Source: Dehalococcoidia bacterium (GTDB lineage: Bacteria; Chloroflexota; Dehalococcoidia; Lucifugimonadales; JAGWBF01). Taken from it: DNA of 64,000 bases. The notes beneath the pieces are model-generated. The model was not told the origin of the DNA and searched no databases. It worked only from the letters and a program-made list of their open reading frames with translations. The DNA lies in contig OZ240206.1 of assembly GCA_965197405.1 (NCBI GenBank), positions 1,408,179 through 1,472,178 of the forward strand. The letters are read 5' to 3'. Numbering within the stretch: the first letter of the stretch is position 1; every line of letters begins with the position of its first letter. The position numbers were made by a program, and so were the translations under genes. Of this stretch, positions 8,621 to 17,980 are shown piece by piece.

Positions 8621-10261
8621 TCAGCCCGGACAGCGGCAGTCGTGGGGATTCCGGCTCCCACAGTGGACGCCACGACGGTCCCAGTATCCCTGTGTGGGAC
8701 AGAGCGGCCCGGCAGGACACGAAGATGGGCAGCGCCGGCTCATCCGGGAAGCGGTGCGCACGTAGGTGTCCTCGACATCCTCGGTGTCCACGACGAAGAG
8801 GGTGACGGGGTACGGCGGCTGGTCGTCTCTGTGCTCGTTGGACCAGTAGTAGCTCTCATAGGGGTCCAGGCGGGCGATAACTCCCCTGGGGTGACGGGCG
8901 CGTAGCTCGTACTCGAAGTAGAACGGTATCTGAAGGCCCTGGTCGGTCATCTGCCCCACAGCGTCGGGTGCGATGGCCGAATCGCCCCAGTTGTAGGCCC
9001 GGTCGGCCCTGGCGGTAGGGACGGACCACACTAGCTCGCTGTCGGGGTCGGCCCTCCCCTCGGCCTGAAGCTTCGTTAGGAACCACGTGATGCCGTCGGC
9101 GTGCTTCGTCTGCCTCGCCCATGTCTCGATGCGGTGGCCCACGTACCGTCTGCGGCCCTGTTTGTCTCTCGTGAGGGCGGTGCTCCAGATGCCCTGCGTC
9201 GTGGGCAGCTGGGCGCGGTCCCTGTGGGTGACGTAGCGTATGCCCTCGGCGGACAGCGTGTAACGTGTGTCTCCGCGTTGTCCCTGCCGCTCGACGAGAC
9301 CCCAGGTATCGACGAGGCTTCGCATCATCTGGCTGACCCGGCCCTCGGAGACTCCCAGCCAGAGGGCAAGGTGCTCACGGGGGATCATCGGGTGGTCGGT
9401 GATGAGGTCCAGCGTCCGCTTCTCAGACGGGCTGACGCCGAAGGCCGGCGCAGCCCGTGCCATCCGCTCGGGACGGGGCAGCGACGCCCGCTTCCGCTCC
9501 GGCGACTGGGTGCGATGCCTTCCGCCGGGGCTGCCGTGCGAACTCACGTCCTCCAGCGTGCGGTACGTGCTGCCGACCCACGAGTATTTGTGCCAGAGGC
9601 GAAGGTCCCGTCTTTCGAGCACGTTCCTCGACTCCACGGCGACGAAGTAGTCTTCAAGGTTCAGTCGCTCGCAGAACCTCGTCGTCAGCCCCTGCTCCCA
9701 CACGCTGGGCGTCAGGATCAGGACGGCACCGGGGCGGCGACTGTAGTCGTACCCCGCGAAGGCCCTCAGCCGGTCGTAGAGTGACCGGCGCCGCAGGGCC
9801 GGACCCTGCCGCACCACGCCGAACTTGCGGCCGTCGTGGAGGATGATGGTGGCGTCAAAGCGGCCCCGGCGGTGGAACTCCACCTGAGACCGGAGCGAGC
9901 CGGTCCCTGGTGACAGGGACGCGGCGAGGCGGTAGACGGTGGCCACCGCGTCCATCCGGCGGATCAGCAGCGTAAGCCATTCCCTGGACACCGAGTAGCT
10001 GCGCACGAAGTCCGAGGACGTATCGAAACCGAGGATCCCGGCGGCTTCGCCGATGCCCTCGGCGGTCAGGTAGTGTCGCCCGCTTGAAGGCAGGTGGGCG
10101 GTGCCATGACTGACGCGCCCAACGATGCCGCCGTCCAAGAGGCCGCTCAGGGCACGGTGAGTGGTTGCGTGAGCTTCGCCGAGGATGACCGCCAGTTCCG
10201 CCGTGTCGACGAACGGCAGCCGGCTGAGGCAGTGGAGTAACTGCTGGACGGAGATTGCCAT
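8621..10261 (-). CDS. replication-relaxation-like protein with winged-HTH modules
   Basis: Two wHTH-like stretches ('LAVILGEAHATTHRALSGLLDGGIV' and 'LALWLGVSEGRVSQMMRSLVDTWGLV'). 'IAPDAVGQMTDQGLQIPFYFEYELRARHP' resembles the Replic_Relax core. The C-terminal ~60 aa look aberrant, which may reflect a frameshift. Confidence 0.5.
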   Translation of the reverse strand: MAISVQQLLHCLSRLPFVDTAELAVILGEAHATTHRALSGLLDGGIVGRVSHGTAHLPSSGRHYLTAEGIGEAAGILGFDTSSDFVRSYSVSREWLTLLIRRMDAVATVYRLAASLSPGTGSLRSQVEFHRRGRFDATIILHDGRKFGVVRQGPALRRRSLYDRLRAFAGYDYSRRPGAVLILTPSVWEQGLTTRFCERLNLEDYFVAVESRNVLERRDLRLWHKYSWVGSTYRTLEDVSSHGSPGGRHRTQSPERKRASLPRPERMARAAPAFGVSPSEKRTLDLITDHPMIPREHLALWLGVSEGRVSQMMRSLVDTWGLVERQGQRGDTRYTLSAEGIRYVTHRDRAQLPTTQGIWSTALTRDKQGRRRYVGHRIETWARQTKHADGITWFLTKLQAEGRADPDSELVWSVPTARADRAYNWGDSAIAPDAVGQMTDQGLQIPFYFEYELRARHPRGVIARLDPYESYYWSNEHRDDQPPYPVTLFVVDTEDVEDTYVRTASRMSRRCPSSCPAGPLCPTQGYWDRRGVHCGSRNPHDCRCPG

Positions 10262-10986
10262 ACGTCCAGCGTAGCAGAGGAGGAGCGCGGCGGCCAGCCA
10301 TCAAGTGTCAGTGACGGTTGCGCCGTTTCGACGGGCCTCACACTCCAGCCTAGCCTTCCGTTAGCCCACGACCGCCACGGCGACTTTTCCAACAAGCCCA
10401 ATCTTGATGATTGACATATCCGGCGGGCGTCGGCGTTAAGGTTGGTCTTGGCCCTGAGTCCTCGGGCGGTTCCGTTATTGCTCCCTCGGAGCAAACGATA
10501 CCGGCGGGCACCGAGTTGGCGCGACACGGGGCCTCCGCCGCCCCTGACGCGCCAGACTACAACCACTCCTCGGCGGTTTTGGCAGTGGCCGGGCTGTAAG
10601 GGAATCTTGAATGCGTTGCATAGTGCAATCGGGGCCGATTCCAACGGGGATCGGGTGGGATTCGAGGGCGGGGCGGGCGATTTGTGCGGGGAGTCAGTTG
10701 ACGGTCTATAGCAACTTCATTGCAGCGGTTGTATTGCAGAACTTGCAGGTTTGGAGTATGGATGACGTGTCCTTGTATCCTTTCCAGCAGCGCTTGAGGT
10801 GGAGCGGGAACGGCGCTATTGCCATCGGGACCCCCTGTCAATGACAGCCAGATTGATCCGCGCAAGGCAATCCTAAGAATCCTCTGACTATCCATGCCTC
10901 TCGAGACTTCCCGTTGTGTGTCGCTCAATGATACACTTGATGTACTGAAACGGTGAGGCTAGGGTGGTCTTGCTGGGTGATGGGTA

Positions 10987-11223
10987 ATGCCGACAGTGGC
11001 GGCGGAAGGGCAGTTCCGCTTCGTAGTCAACACCAGGGAAAACGCCTTCGAGCCTCCCCACGTGCATGTTTGGGTGGGTAACGAAGACGTATGCCGCATT
11101 GAGTTGAACGGGGGCGGCTATATGGACCAGCCACCTCCTGGCAACTTCCGGGACATCATGCGGGCGTATGCTAGACACGCGGCGGAAATCAGGGCAACGT
11201 GGGAAGCGATACACGGGAGGTAA
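10987..11223 (+). CDS. DUF4160-family small protein
   Basis: 'FRFVVNTRENAFEPPHVHVW' is the characteristic DUF4160 motif. Lies 3 nt upstream of its partner gene. Confidence 0.7.
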   Translation: MPTVAAEGQFRFVVNTRENAFEPPHVHVWVGNEDVCRIELNGGGYMDQPPPGNFRDIMRAYARHAAEIRATWEAIHGR

Positions 11224-11226
11224 CCA

Positions 11227-11730
11227 ATGGACGTGGTTCTGGTGAAAAACGCCAACCGGATGATGACCACCGCCAGCCTATTGGATGACGGGATCGAGTT
11301 GAGCTTCGCCGACGGGTTCAGGGGCCTCATACCGTACGCCGATGTTCCCGAAGTCAGGGAGCGCGAGGGAATATACGGCCTGGAACTGCCGAACCCCTAC
11401 GAAATGGTGCTGGAAACGGCTGGGGGCGAGAGAGTCGAGGTTCCCTGGGACTTCGCCCGGCACTACTGCGACGCATCGTACCGGCCAACCATCGAAGCCA
11501 TTGCCGCATTGGGAAGGCAGACCATAGGCGAGCGGGTCCGCCGATTCAGGGAGTCAGCGGGGCTAACCCAGGAGGCGCTGGCCCATGCCGCGGACATAGG
11601 ACGGGTTACGCTGGTCAGGCTGGAGAATGGGGAACAGTCCCCCAGGTTCAAGACCCTGATGGCCATTGCTCACGCTCTGGGTTTGGACGCCCCGGAGTTG
11701 CTAGTCGAATCGGAGTTGCTGATTCGATAG
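11227..11730 (+). CDS. DUF2442-like N-terminal domain fused to an XRE-type HTH
   Basis: C-terminal 'IGERVRRFRESAGLTQEALAHAADIGRVTLVRLENGEQSPRFKTLMAIAHALG' is a canonical XRE HTH. The DUF4160/DUF2442 pairing is a recurrent two-gene module. Confidence 0.65.
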   Translation: MDVVLVKNANRMMTTASLLDDGIELSFADGFRGLIPYADVPEVREREGIYGLELPNPYEMVLETAGGERVEVPWDFARHYCDASYRPTIEAIAALGRQTIGERVRRFRESAGLTQEALAHAADIGRVTLVRLENGEQSPRFKTLMAIAHALGLDAPELLVESELLIR

Positions 11731-11770
11731 CTGCTGGGCGGTCGCAAAGAAGTGGAATGGACGCAGAAGT

Positions 11771-14700
11771 ATGGCAGAAGCTGGGAGAAAATCGTTGGCA
11801 GCCGTCGAGGACTACCTCGACGACCTGCGCAAGATACGCGCCTCTGGCGGCGGCACCGCCGAAACGTCCCACTACCCGCCGCTTACCAACCTGCTGAACG
11901 CCGTGGGCGGCGCGCTGAAGCCCAAGGTGTTCTGCATCAACCAAGTGGCAGAGCAGGGCGCTGGACACCCGGACTTGGGCCTCTTCGCCGCCAACCAGGT
12001 GCAGAAAGGCCAACCCAAGCAAGGGCAGAGCCAGAAGCCGGAGTGCGGGGTGGTGGAGGTCAAGCCCGCCGGCGACGACGCCTGGCTCACCGCCGACAGC
12101 TCTCAGGTCAGCCGCTATTGGGGCCTGTACCGTCTGGTGCTGGTCACCAACACCCGCGACTTCGTGCTGCTGGGCGAGGACTCGCAGGGCCAGCCCTCCA
12201 AGTGGGAGACCTTCCGGCTGGCTGACGCCGCCGACTTCGAGGCGAAGCTGCGACACCCCCGCGCCTTCGCCAACAGCGTCGGCCCGGCGCTGGCCGAGTA
12301 CCTGGGCCGCGCCCTGTCCCACCGGGCCACGCTGGCCGAACCCCGCGACTTGGCCCGGCTGCTGGCCTCCTATGCCCGCGATGGGTTGGCCCGGGTCGAG
12401 GCTTCCGGCGACGCATCGTCGCTGAACGCCGTGCGGTCGGCGCTGGAGGAGGCGCTGGGCGTCCGATTCGAGGGCGAGCGCGGCGTGGCCTTCTTCCGCT
12501 CGACGCTGGTGCAGACCCTCTTCTACGGCGTCTTCTCCACCTGGGTGCTGTGGGCGCGGCAGACTCCGGCTCCAGCGGGCCCCTTCGACTGGCGCACCTC
12601 CGTCTGGCACCTGCGCGCGCCCATCATGCAGGCCCTGTTTCAGCAGGTGACCAGCCCCGGACAGTTGCAGTCGCTGGACCTGGTGGAGGTGCTGGACTGG
12701 ACGGCGGCGGCCCTGGACCGGGTGGACCGCGACGCCTTCTTCGCCAGGTTCAACGAGGGCGAGGCGGTGCCCTACTTCTACGAGCCGTTTCTGGAAGCCT
12801 TCGACCCGGCCCTGCGCAAGCATCTGGGCGTCTGGTACACCCCCCAGCCGAGGTGGTGCGCTACATGGTGGCCCGCGTTGACCGCGCCCTGAAGGATGAC
12901 CTGGGCATCGAGGACGGGCTGGCCGCCGAGAACGTCTACGTCCTCGACCCCTGCTGCGGCACCGGGGCCTACCTGGCCGAGACGCTGAAGCGCATCGCCG
13001 CCAACCTGCTGGGCAAGGGCCTGGGAGCCCTCACCGGGGCGCGGGTGAAGCAGGCCGCGACGCAGCGGGTGTTCGGCTTCGAGATAATGCCCGCGCCCTT
13101 CGTGGTGGCCCACCTGCAGGTCGGCCTGATCATGCAGGCCCTGGACGCGCCTCTGTCCGAGGACGTCAACGAGCGGGCCGGGGTGTTCCTGACCAACGCG
13201 CTCACCGGCTGGGAGCCGAGGGCGCAGAAGCCCCTGCCCTTCCCGGAGTTGGAGGAAGAGCGGGACCGGGCCGAGCGGGTGAAGCAGGATACGCCGGTGC
13301 TGGTTATCCTGGGCAACCCGCCCTACAACGGCTTCGCGGGCGTGGCAATTGAGGAAGAGCAACGATTATTGGAAGCATATAGATCCGCGAAGCGCGTGGA
13401 TATTCCCGATACCAGAGCGCTTCACGACCTGTACGTGCGATTCTTCCGCATGGCGGAGCGGCGCATCGCGGAGAAGACCGGGCGGGGCGTCGTCTGCTTT
13501 ATCTCCAACTACTCCTGGCTGGACGGGCTGTCGTTCGCGGGAATGCGTGAGCATTATATGGGTGCTTTCGACGCCATTCGCATTGACTGTCTCAACGGAG
13601 ATGTTCGTAAGGGCGCAAAAACGCCTGACGGAGAACCTGATCCGAGTGTTTTCACCGTGCCACAGCAGTCGCTTGGTATTCAAGTAGGCACTGCTATAAC
13701 CACGCTGGTCCGCAAGGCTGAACACAGGCCAACCGAAACCATTAGTTTCCGCCATCTGTGGGGGCAATCCAAGCTCGATGCACTCAAGGCCACGGCGGAA
13801 TCAGAACCCATGGCACTTTATGTATCCATTGAACCAGTTCTCCCATTGGGCTTGCCCTTTGCCCCTACAGTTGTCAGTGAAGAGTGGCATGAGTGGCCGA
13901 CACTGCTAGAGCTATTCCCGACCTATTTCTGCGGCGTTAACACTAATCGGGACAAGTTGCTCGTAGAGATCGATCTCGAACACCTTAAATCCCGCATAAC
14001 TGATTATTTCAGCCCCGATTTGAGCCATGAGGAAATCGCCCGTCTTTACCCTACCGCGATGAAAACTACGGCACGATTCGACGCGCAGGCGGTACGCGAT
14101 ACTCTTCTCAAGCGTGGTGGCCCAGTGGATGCAGGGTTCGTCCGTTATTGTCATCGCCCCTTCGACACTCGTTGGCTGTACTGGGAAGCAGATACAAAGC
14201 TCCTTAACGAGAAACGGGCTGACTATATGCCACACGTGTTCCCCGAGAACATTTGGCTATCTGCTGTTCCTCGCTTACGGAAGGACGAAACTGAGCCACA
14301 AGCTGTGATTACGTCGCGCATGGCTTCTCTTCACTTGATTGAATAGGGCGCCAATATGTTCCCCGCGTGGCTCCGCGATGAGGGGTTGGCGCTGGACGGG
14401 GGCGGGGCGCAGCGTCGGCCCAACCTGTCGGCGGCGGCGCAACGCTACCTCGACCGGCTGGGGTTGGGGGTAGAGGAGCTGTTCCACCACGCGCTGGCGG
14501 TGCTGCACGACCCGGCCTACCGGGCGGCCAACGCCGGGGCGCTGCGGATGGAGTGGCCGCGCATACCGCTGCCCGGCTGGCCCGATGGCGACGCGCCTGG
14601 CGCTGCCGGGGAGCTGCGCGCCTCCGCAGCGCGGGGCCGGGAGTTGGCCGCGCTGCTGGACCCGGAGACGCCGGTGGCGGGGGTGACCGCCGGGGCGCTG

Positions 14701-15117
14701 CGCCCGGAGCTGGCGGCCATCGCCGTCCCGTCCACCGCCGACGGACGCAACATGAGCGGCGACGACTTCGCGCTGACTGCTGGCTGGGGCCACTTCGGGA
14801 CCGGAGACGCCGTGATGCCCGGCCAAGGCCGCGCCGTGGAGCACCCCTACACCGCAGACGAGCGGGAGGCACTGGGCGAGGCCGACGGCGTTCTCGGAGA
14901 TGCCACCTTCGACGTTCATCTGAACGACAACGCGCAGTGGAGCAACGTCCCCGACGCCGTCTGGAACTACAAGCTGGACGGCTACCAGGTTCTCAAGAAG
15001 TGGCTCTCATACCGGGAAAGCAAAGTCCTGGGTCGCAGCCTGCTGCCGGAGGAGGTGCAGCACTTCACGGACACCGCCCGCCGGATAGCGGCTATCCTAT
15101 TGGGCACGGGGACTTGA
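11771..15117 (+). pseudogene. MmeI-like type IIG restriction-modification enzyme (PD-ExK nuclease + gamma-class N6-adenine MTase + type ISP-like C-terminal domain), disrupted twice
   Basis: N-terminal 'GHPDLGLF...GVVEVKP...YRLVLVTNTRDFVLL' (PD..ExK). MTase motifs 'VLDPCCGTGAY' and 'ILGNPPYNGF'. C-terminal 'VWNYKLDGYQVLKKWLSYRE'. Frame change at the C6 run 12840-12845 ('GVWYTP|PAEVVRYMV'). The in-frame TAG at 14344-14346 separates ORFs 12550-14346 and 14356-15117, which share a frame. Confidence 0.75.
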
Positions 15118-15119
15118 AG

Positions 15120-16136
15120 ATGCCTGGATGGGTATGGCGCTGCCTTCTCTTTGTTCGACCTCTCTGGCGACTCTACCGTCGTGTACTCGGTTGGGATGGA
15201 TTCTGGTGGGTTTCCGGTATAACCGCCGTCCTGGTGATTGGGGTCCTTCTTTCGTGGTACTTCTGGGACGATTTAGGCGGTATTCAGGAATCCCTTAGCA
15301 CAACTATCCGCAATATGGGACTCGTAATCGGCGGCGTCCTAGCTATAATACTTGCTATCTGGCGCAGCATCGTGGCTGATTATCAATCAAGGACCTCCAA
15401 GGAAAATCTGTTGCTTGACAGGCAAAGTCAATCGAACCAAGAATTCCAGAGGGCGGTGGATATGCTACAGAGCCCTGCCATAGGGGTTCGCCTCGCCGGA
15501 ATTGAGGGATTGAAGTCGCTCGCCTACATCCAATCGAACCAATACCATGTTGCAGCAATGTAACAACTGTGCCTATTTGTTCGCTATCCAACGGATGTTG
15601 AGGGGCAGCGTATCGTATCCCTAGAAGAATACTCAGTGACACGCGAGCAAATCTTATCCATTTACCCAGATAGAGAAGACTTGCCGCCTAGAGTAACTTT
15701 AACGAGGTTCAAACCACGCGAGGACATTCAGGCTGCCATGACAGCAATCGCTTTGTGTCATGACAAGAACCAAAAGGCTGAAACGGACAATTCCTATTGG
15801 CTAGACCTGCACGGTGCAGACCTGAGAGGTACGAATCTCTATGGCATGAATCTAGCCAGAGCCCCTTGGACTCTGGAATCTGTGGGATCCCTTTACCATC
15901 TGACGACTTTGGGCATATACACTGACATGCGGGGAACCAAATTAGATGATGCCTCCCTACACTTGACTAACCTATCACGCGTTGACCTCAGTGGGTCAAC
16001 GGGCTTAACTCAAAGTGATCTTGATATGGCTACGTTTGATCCCGAAGAGCCGCCCAAGCTGGATCAGGTCTTTGATGCTAAGACGGGTGAGCCAATAGCT
16101 TTGGAGAAACCACCGTGCAATCATCATGAATCGTAA
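15120..16136 (+). pseudogene. membrane-anchored pentapeptide-repeat protein interrupted by a single in-frame TAA (15561-15563)
   Basis: The N-terminal part has two hydrophobic helices ('VSGITAVLVIGVLLSWYF' and 'GLVIGGVLAIILAIW'). The C-terminal part carries 'LHGADLRGTNLYGMNLARA...LTNLSRVDLSGSTGL' pentapeptide repeats. ORFs 15120-15563 and 15636-16136 share a frame, and no other stop lies between them. Confidence 0.65.
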
Positions 16137-16495
16137 CGGCACTTTTGGCGTGTAACTTGAGTTCATCAAGATTGAGCCTTGCTCCGTTGAATCAGCAGCG
16201 GGTTTGTAGATCAACGAGCGTCGTACACCCGGCCTACGAACGGATACGACAGTCGTGAAGCCGGGTGGGGACGCAGACCTCTGCGTTAGCAGGACCGTCC
16301 TGGCTTAGCCACGGTTAGCCCTGGAGGCCTGTCCAAGGAAGATCTGTTGCGGCCCACCAACAGTAGCCCAGCCGCTATCACGACTTTCCTGCTACCGGAC
16401 ACCAAGCCCAAGGAACGCCACTGAGCGCTCCCTAAAGTGGATGATAATACACTTTTGCAGAACAAAACCCCCGACAGATAGGAGGAGAACCGGCG

Positions 16496-17980
16496 ATGCC
16501 AGAACTGCGCATCTATCAGCAGAATCTCTTTGAGCGGACGGTGTCCTGTGTGCAACCCGCCCAGGCGCGGGCGATGCTCCAGTTGCCGACTGGCGGAGGC
16601 AAGACCCACATCGCTGGGGCGTTACTGAGACACTGGCTGCACAACGGGCGCAAGGCAGTCTGGCTGACCCACCGCGTGGAGTTGGCTGAACAAACTCGCC
16701 GAATGCTGACGGAGGCCGGAATATCTGCTATTAACCTGAGTTGGCCGCTGGGCGAAGGTGCTCCGTTTATTTCCAACGGTGTAGTTATATTGATGGCCCA
16801 GACCGTCGGCAGACGCACCGGCCGGATGCAAATTTGGGGCCAATACGATAGCGGCGACATCCTAGTTATAGATGAGGCGCATCACGCCACTGCCAAGGGG
16901 TGGGAGCGGGCGATAAGCCAGTGGCCAGGCCGGGTTATCGGCCTGACCGCTACCCCTTGGCGACTGTCCCAGACCGAGGGGTTTGACCACCTATTCAGAG
17001 AACTACTCTGCGGCCCCCAGGTCAGCGAGCTTCAAGCCGATGGCTATCTGTGCCAAACCCGGGTACTCATGCCCAGGCCAGAGGAGGTTATACGTGGCGG
17101 CGCAGTCAACGCTCTCGGTGAATACTCCGAATCCGGAATCGAGCAGGCCAATCGGGACCGCCCCGACATAATGACCGCGGGTGCATTCCGCTACTGGGAT
17201 CTCCATGCCAAGAAACGCCAGACCATCATCTACGCCGTATCGCAGGATCACGCCCGCAACCTGGCAGCGCTGTTCAACGGCGCCGGCATTCCCGCCAATG
17301 TGATGCTCAGCGACACGCCTCCCCAGGAACGGGCCGAGATTATCGAATCCTTTGGTGACGGCACCCTTCGCGTTTTGGTCAACGTCGCGGTCGCAACCGA
17401 GGGGTTTGACCTACCCGACGCCTCCTGCGTTGTAATCACGCGGCCCACCATGAGCCTGGCGTTGTACCTGCAAATGGTAGGCCGAGGCATGAGGCCAAAA
17501 GCCAACGGGGAGGACTGCCTGATCTTGGACCTCGCAGGCAACGCAGATATTCACGGGTTGCCTGAGGACAACAGGAAGTGGACGCTGGCGCCTCGCTTTA
17601 ACGACGCCGATGGTAAAGGTCCAATTGTAAGGTGCGAGAAATGCGAAGCGGTTTCGCCTGCGGCCAGCCATTTTTGCGTCTTCTGCGAGTATCCGTTCGG
17701 CAAGGACTGCCCTCGGTGCGGCACATGGCGGGCCTGGGAACGCTGGCGGTATGAAAATCACTGCGGCAACCAGCACGATTTGGTCTGCGATCTCTGCCAC
17801 TATGACGCTCACATTCAGTCGGAATTGCCTCTCACTGGCGAACTGAGGAGACTAAGAAACTATCTCAAATTGTGGTTCCAAATTGTAGTTAATGTGAGGG
17901 AGTTGTCGCTAGTAGTCAGTCATGTTTGGAATCGAAGGGATAGAGGCGGTGTAATTTGGTTCGGGCATCCTGAGTCTTGA
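16496..17980 (+). CDS. RadD-like SF2 DNA helicase with C-terminal Cys-rich zinc ribbons; native sequence ends at ~17851, and the last ~43 codons are IS-derived
   Basis: Helicase motifs 'LQLPTGGGKTHIA', 'LVIDEAHHAT', 'GLTATPWR' and 'ATEGFDLPDASCVVITRPTMSLALYLQMVGRGMRP'. Zinc-ribbon region 'CEKCEAVSPAASHFCVFCEYPFGKDCPRCG...CDLCHYDAH'. The IS5-type terminal repeat starts at 17852. Confidence 0.7.
   Translation: MPELRIYQQNLFERTVSCVQPAQARAMLQLPTGGGKTHIAGALLRHWLHNGRKAVWLTHRVELAEQTRRMLTEAGISAINLSWPLGEGAPFISNGVVILMAQTVGRRTGRMQIWGQYDSGDILVIDEAHHATAKGWERAISQWPGRVIGLTATPWRLSQTEGFDHLFRELLCGPQVSELQADGYLCQTRVLMPRPEEVIRGGAVNALGEYSESGIEQANRDRPDIMTAGAFRYWDLHAKKRQTIIYAVSQDHARNLAALFNGAGIPANVMLSDTPPQERAEIIESFGDGTLRVLVNVAVATEGFDLPDASCVVITRPTMSLALYLQMVGRGMRPKANGEDCLILDLAGNADIHGLPEDNRKWTLAPRFNDADGKGPIVRCEKCEAVSPAASHFCVFCEYPFGKDCPRCGTWRAWERWRYENHCGNQHDLVCDLCHYDAHIQSELPLTGELRRLRNYLKLWFQIVVNVRELSLVVSHVWNRRDRGGVIWFGHPES

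Noticed and set aside
11648-12823. Long antisense or alternative-frame ORFs opposite or overlapping real genes. Examples: 11648-12823(-), 22829-24259(-), 27390-28265(-), 29942-31231(-), 38976-40148(+), 42834-43913(-), 45138-46664(-), 52966-54480(-), 56560-57783(-).
   Set aside because: They lie opposite genes with strong family motifs. Their products are Arg/Gly/Pro/Ala-rich low-complexity sequence, typical of stop-poor shadow frames in GC-rich DNA, and none shows a recognisable motif or RBS.
12550-12845. The first ~98 codons of track ORF 12550-14346.
   Set aside because: This stretch overlaps the well-motivated 11771 frame and is Gly/Ala/Pro-rich. The real coding frame switches only at the C-run at 12840-12845.
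14553-15119. The N-terminal 189 codons of track ORF 14553-15563 (a 336-aa protein with an Arg/Ala-rich start).
   Set aside because: This part overlaps the C-terminal domain of the type IIG gene in another frame and is low-complexity. Only the portion from ATG 15120 (TM helices) looks genuine.
14344-15563. Stop-codon reassignment or programmed readthrough as the explanation for the in-frame TAG (14344) and TAA (15561).
   Set aside because: TAG, TAA and TGA all terminate well-supported genes in this window (for example hyuA with TAG and brnA with TAA). In addition, the same type IIG gene carries a frameshift. Simple nonsense mutations or sequence errors are more parsimonious.
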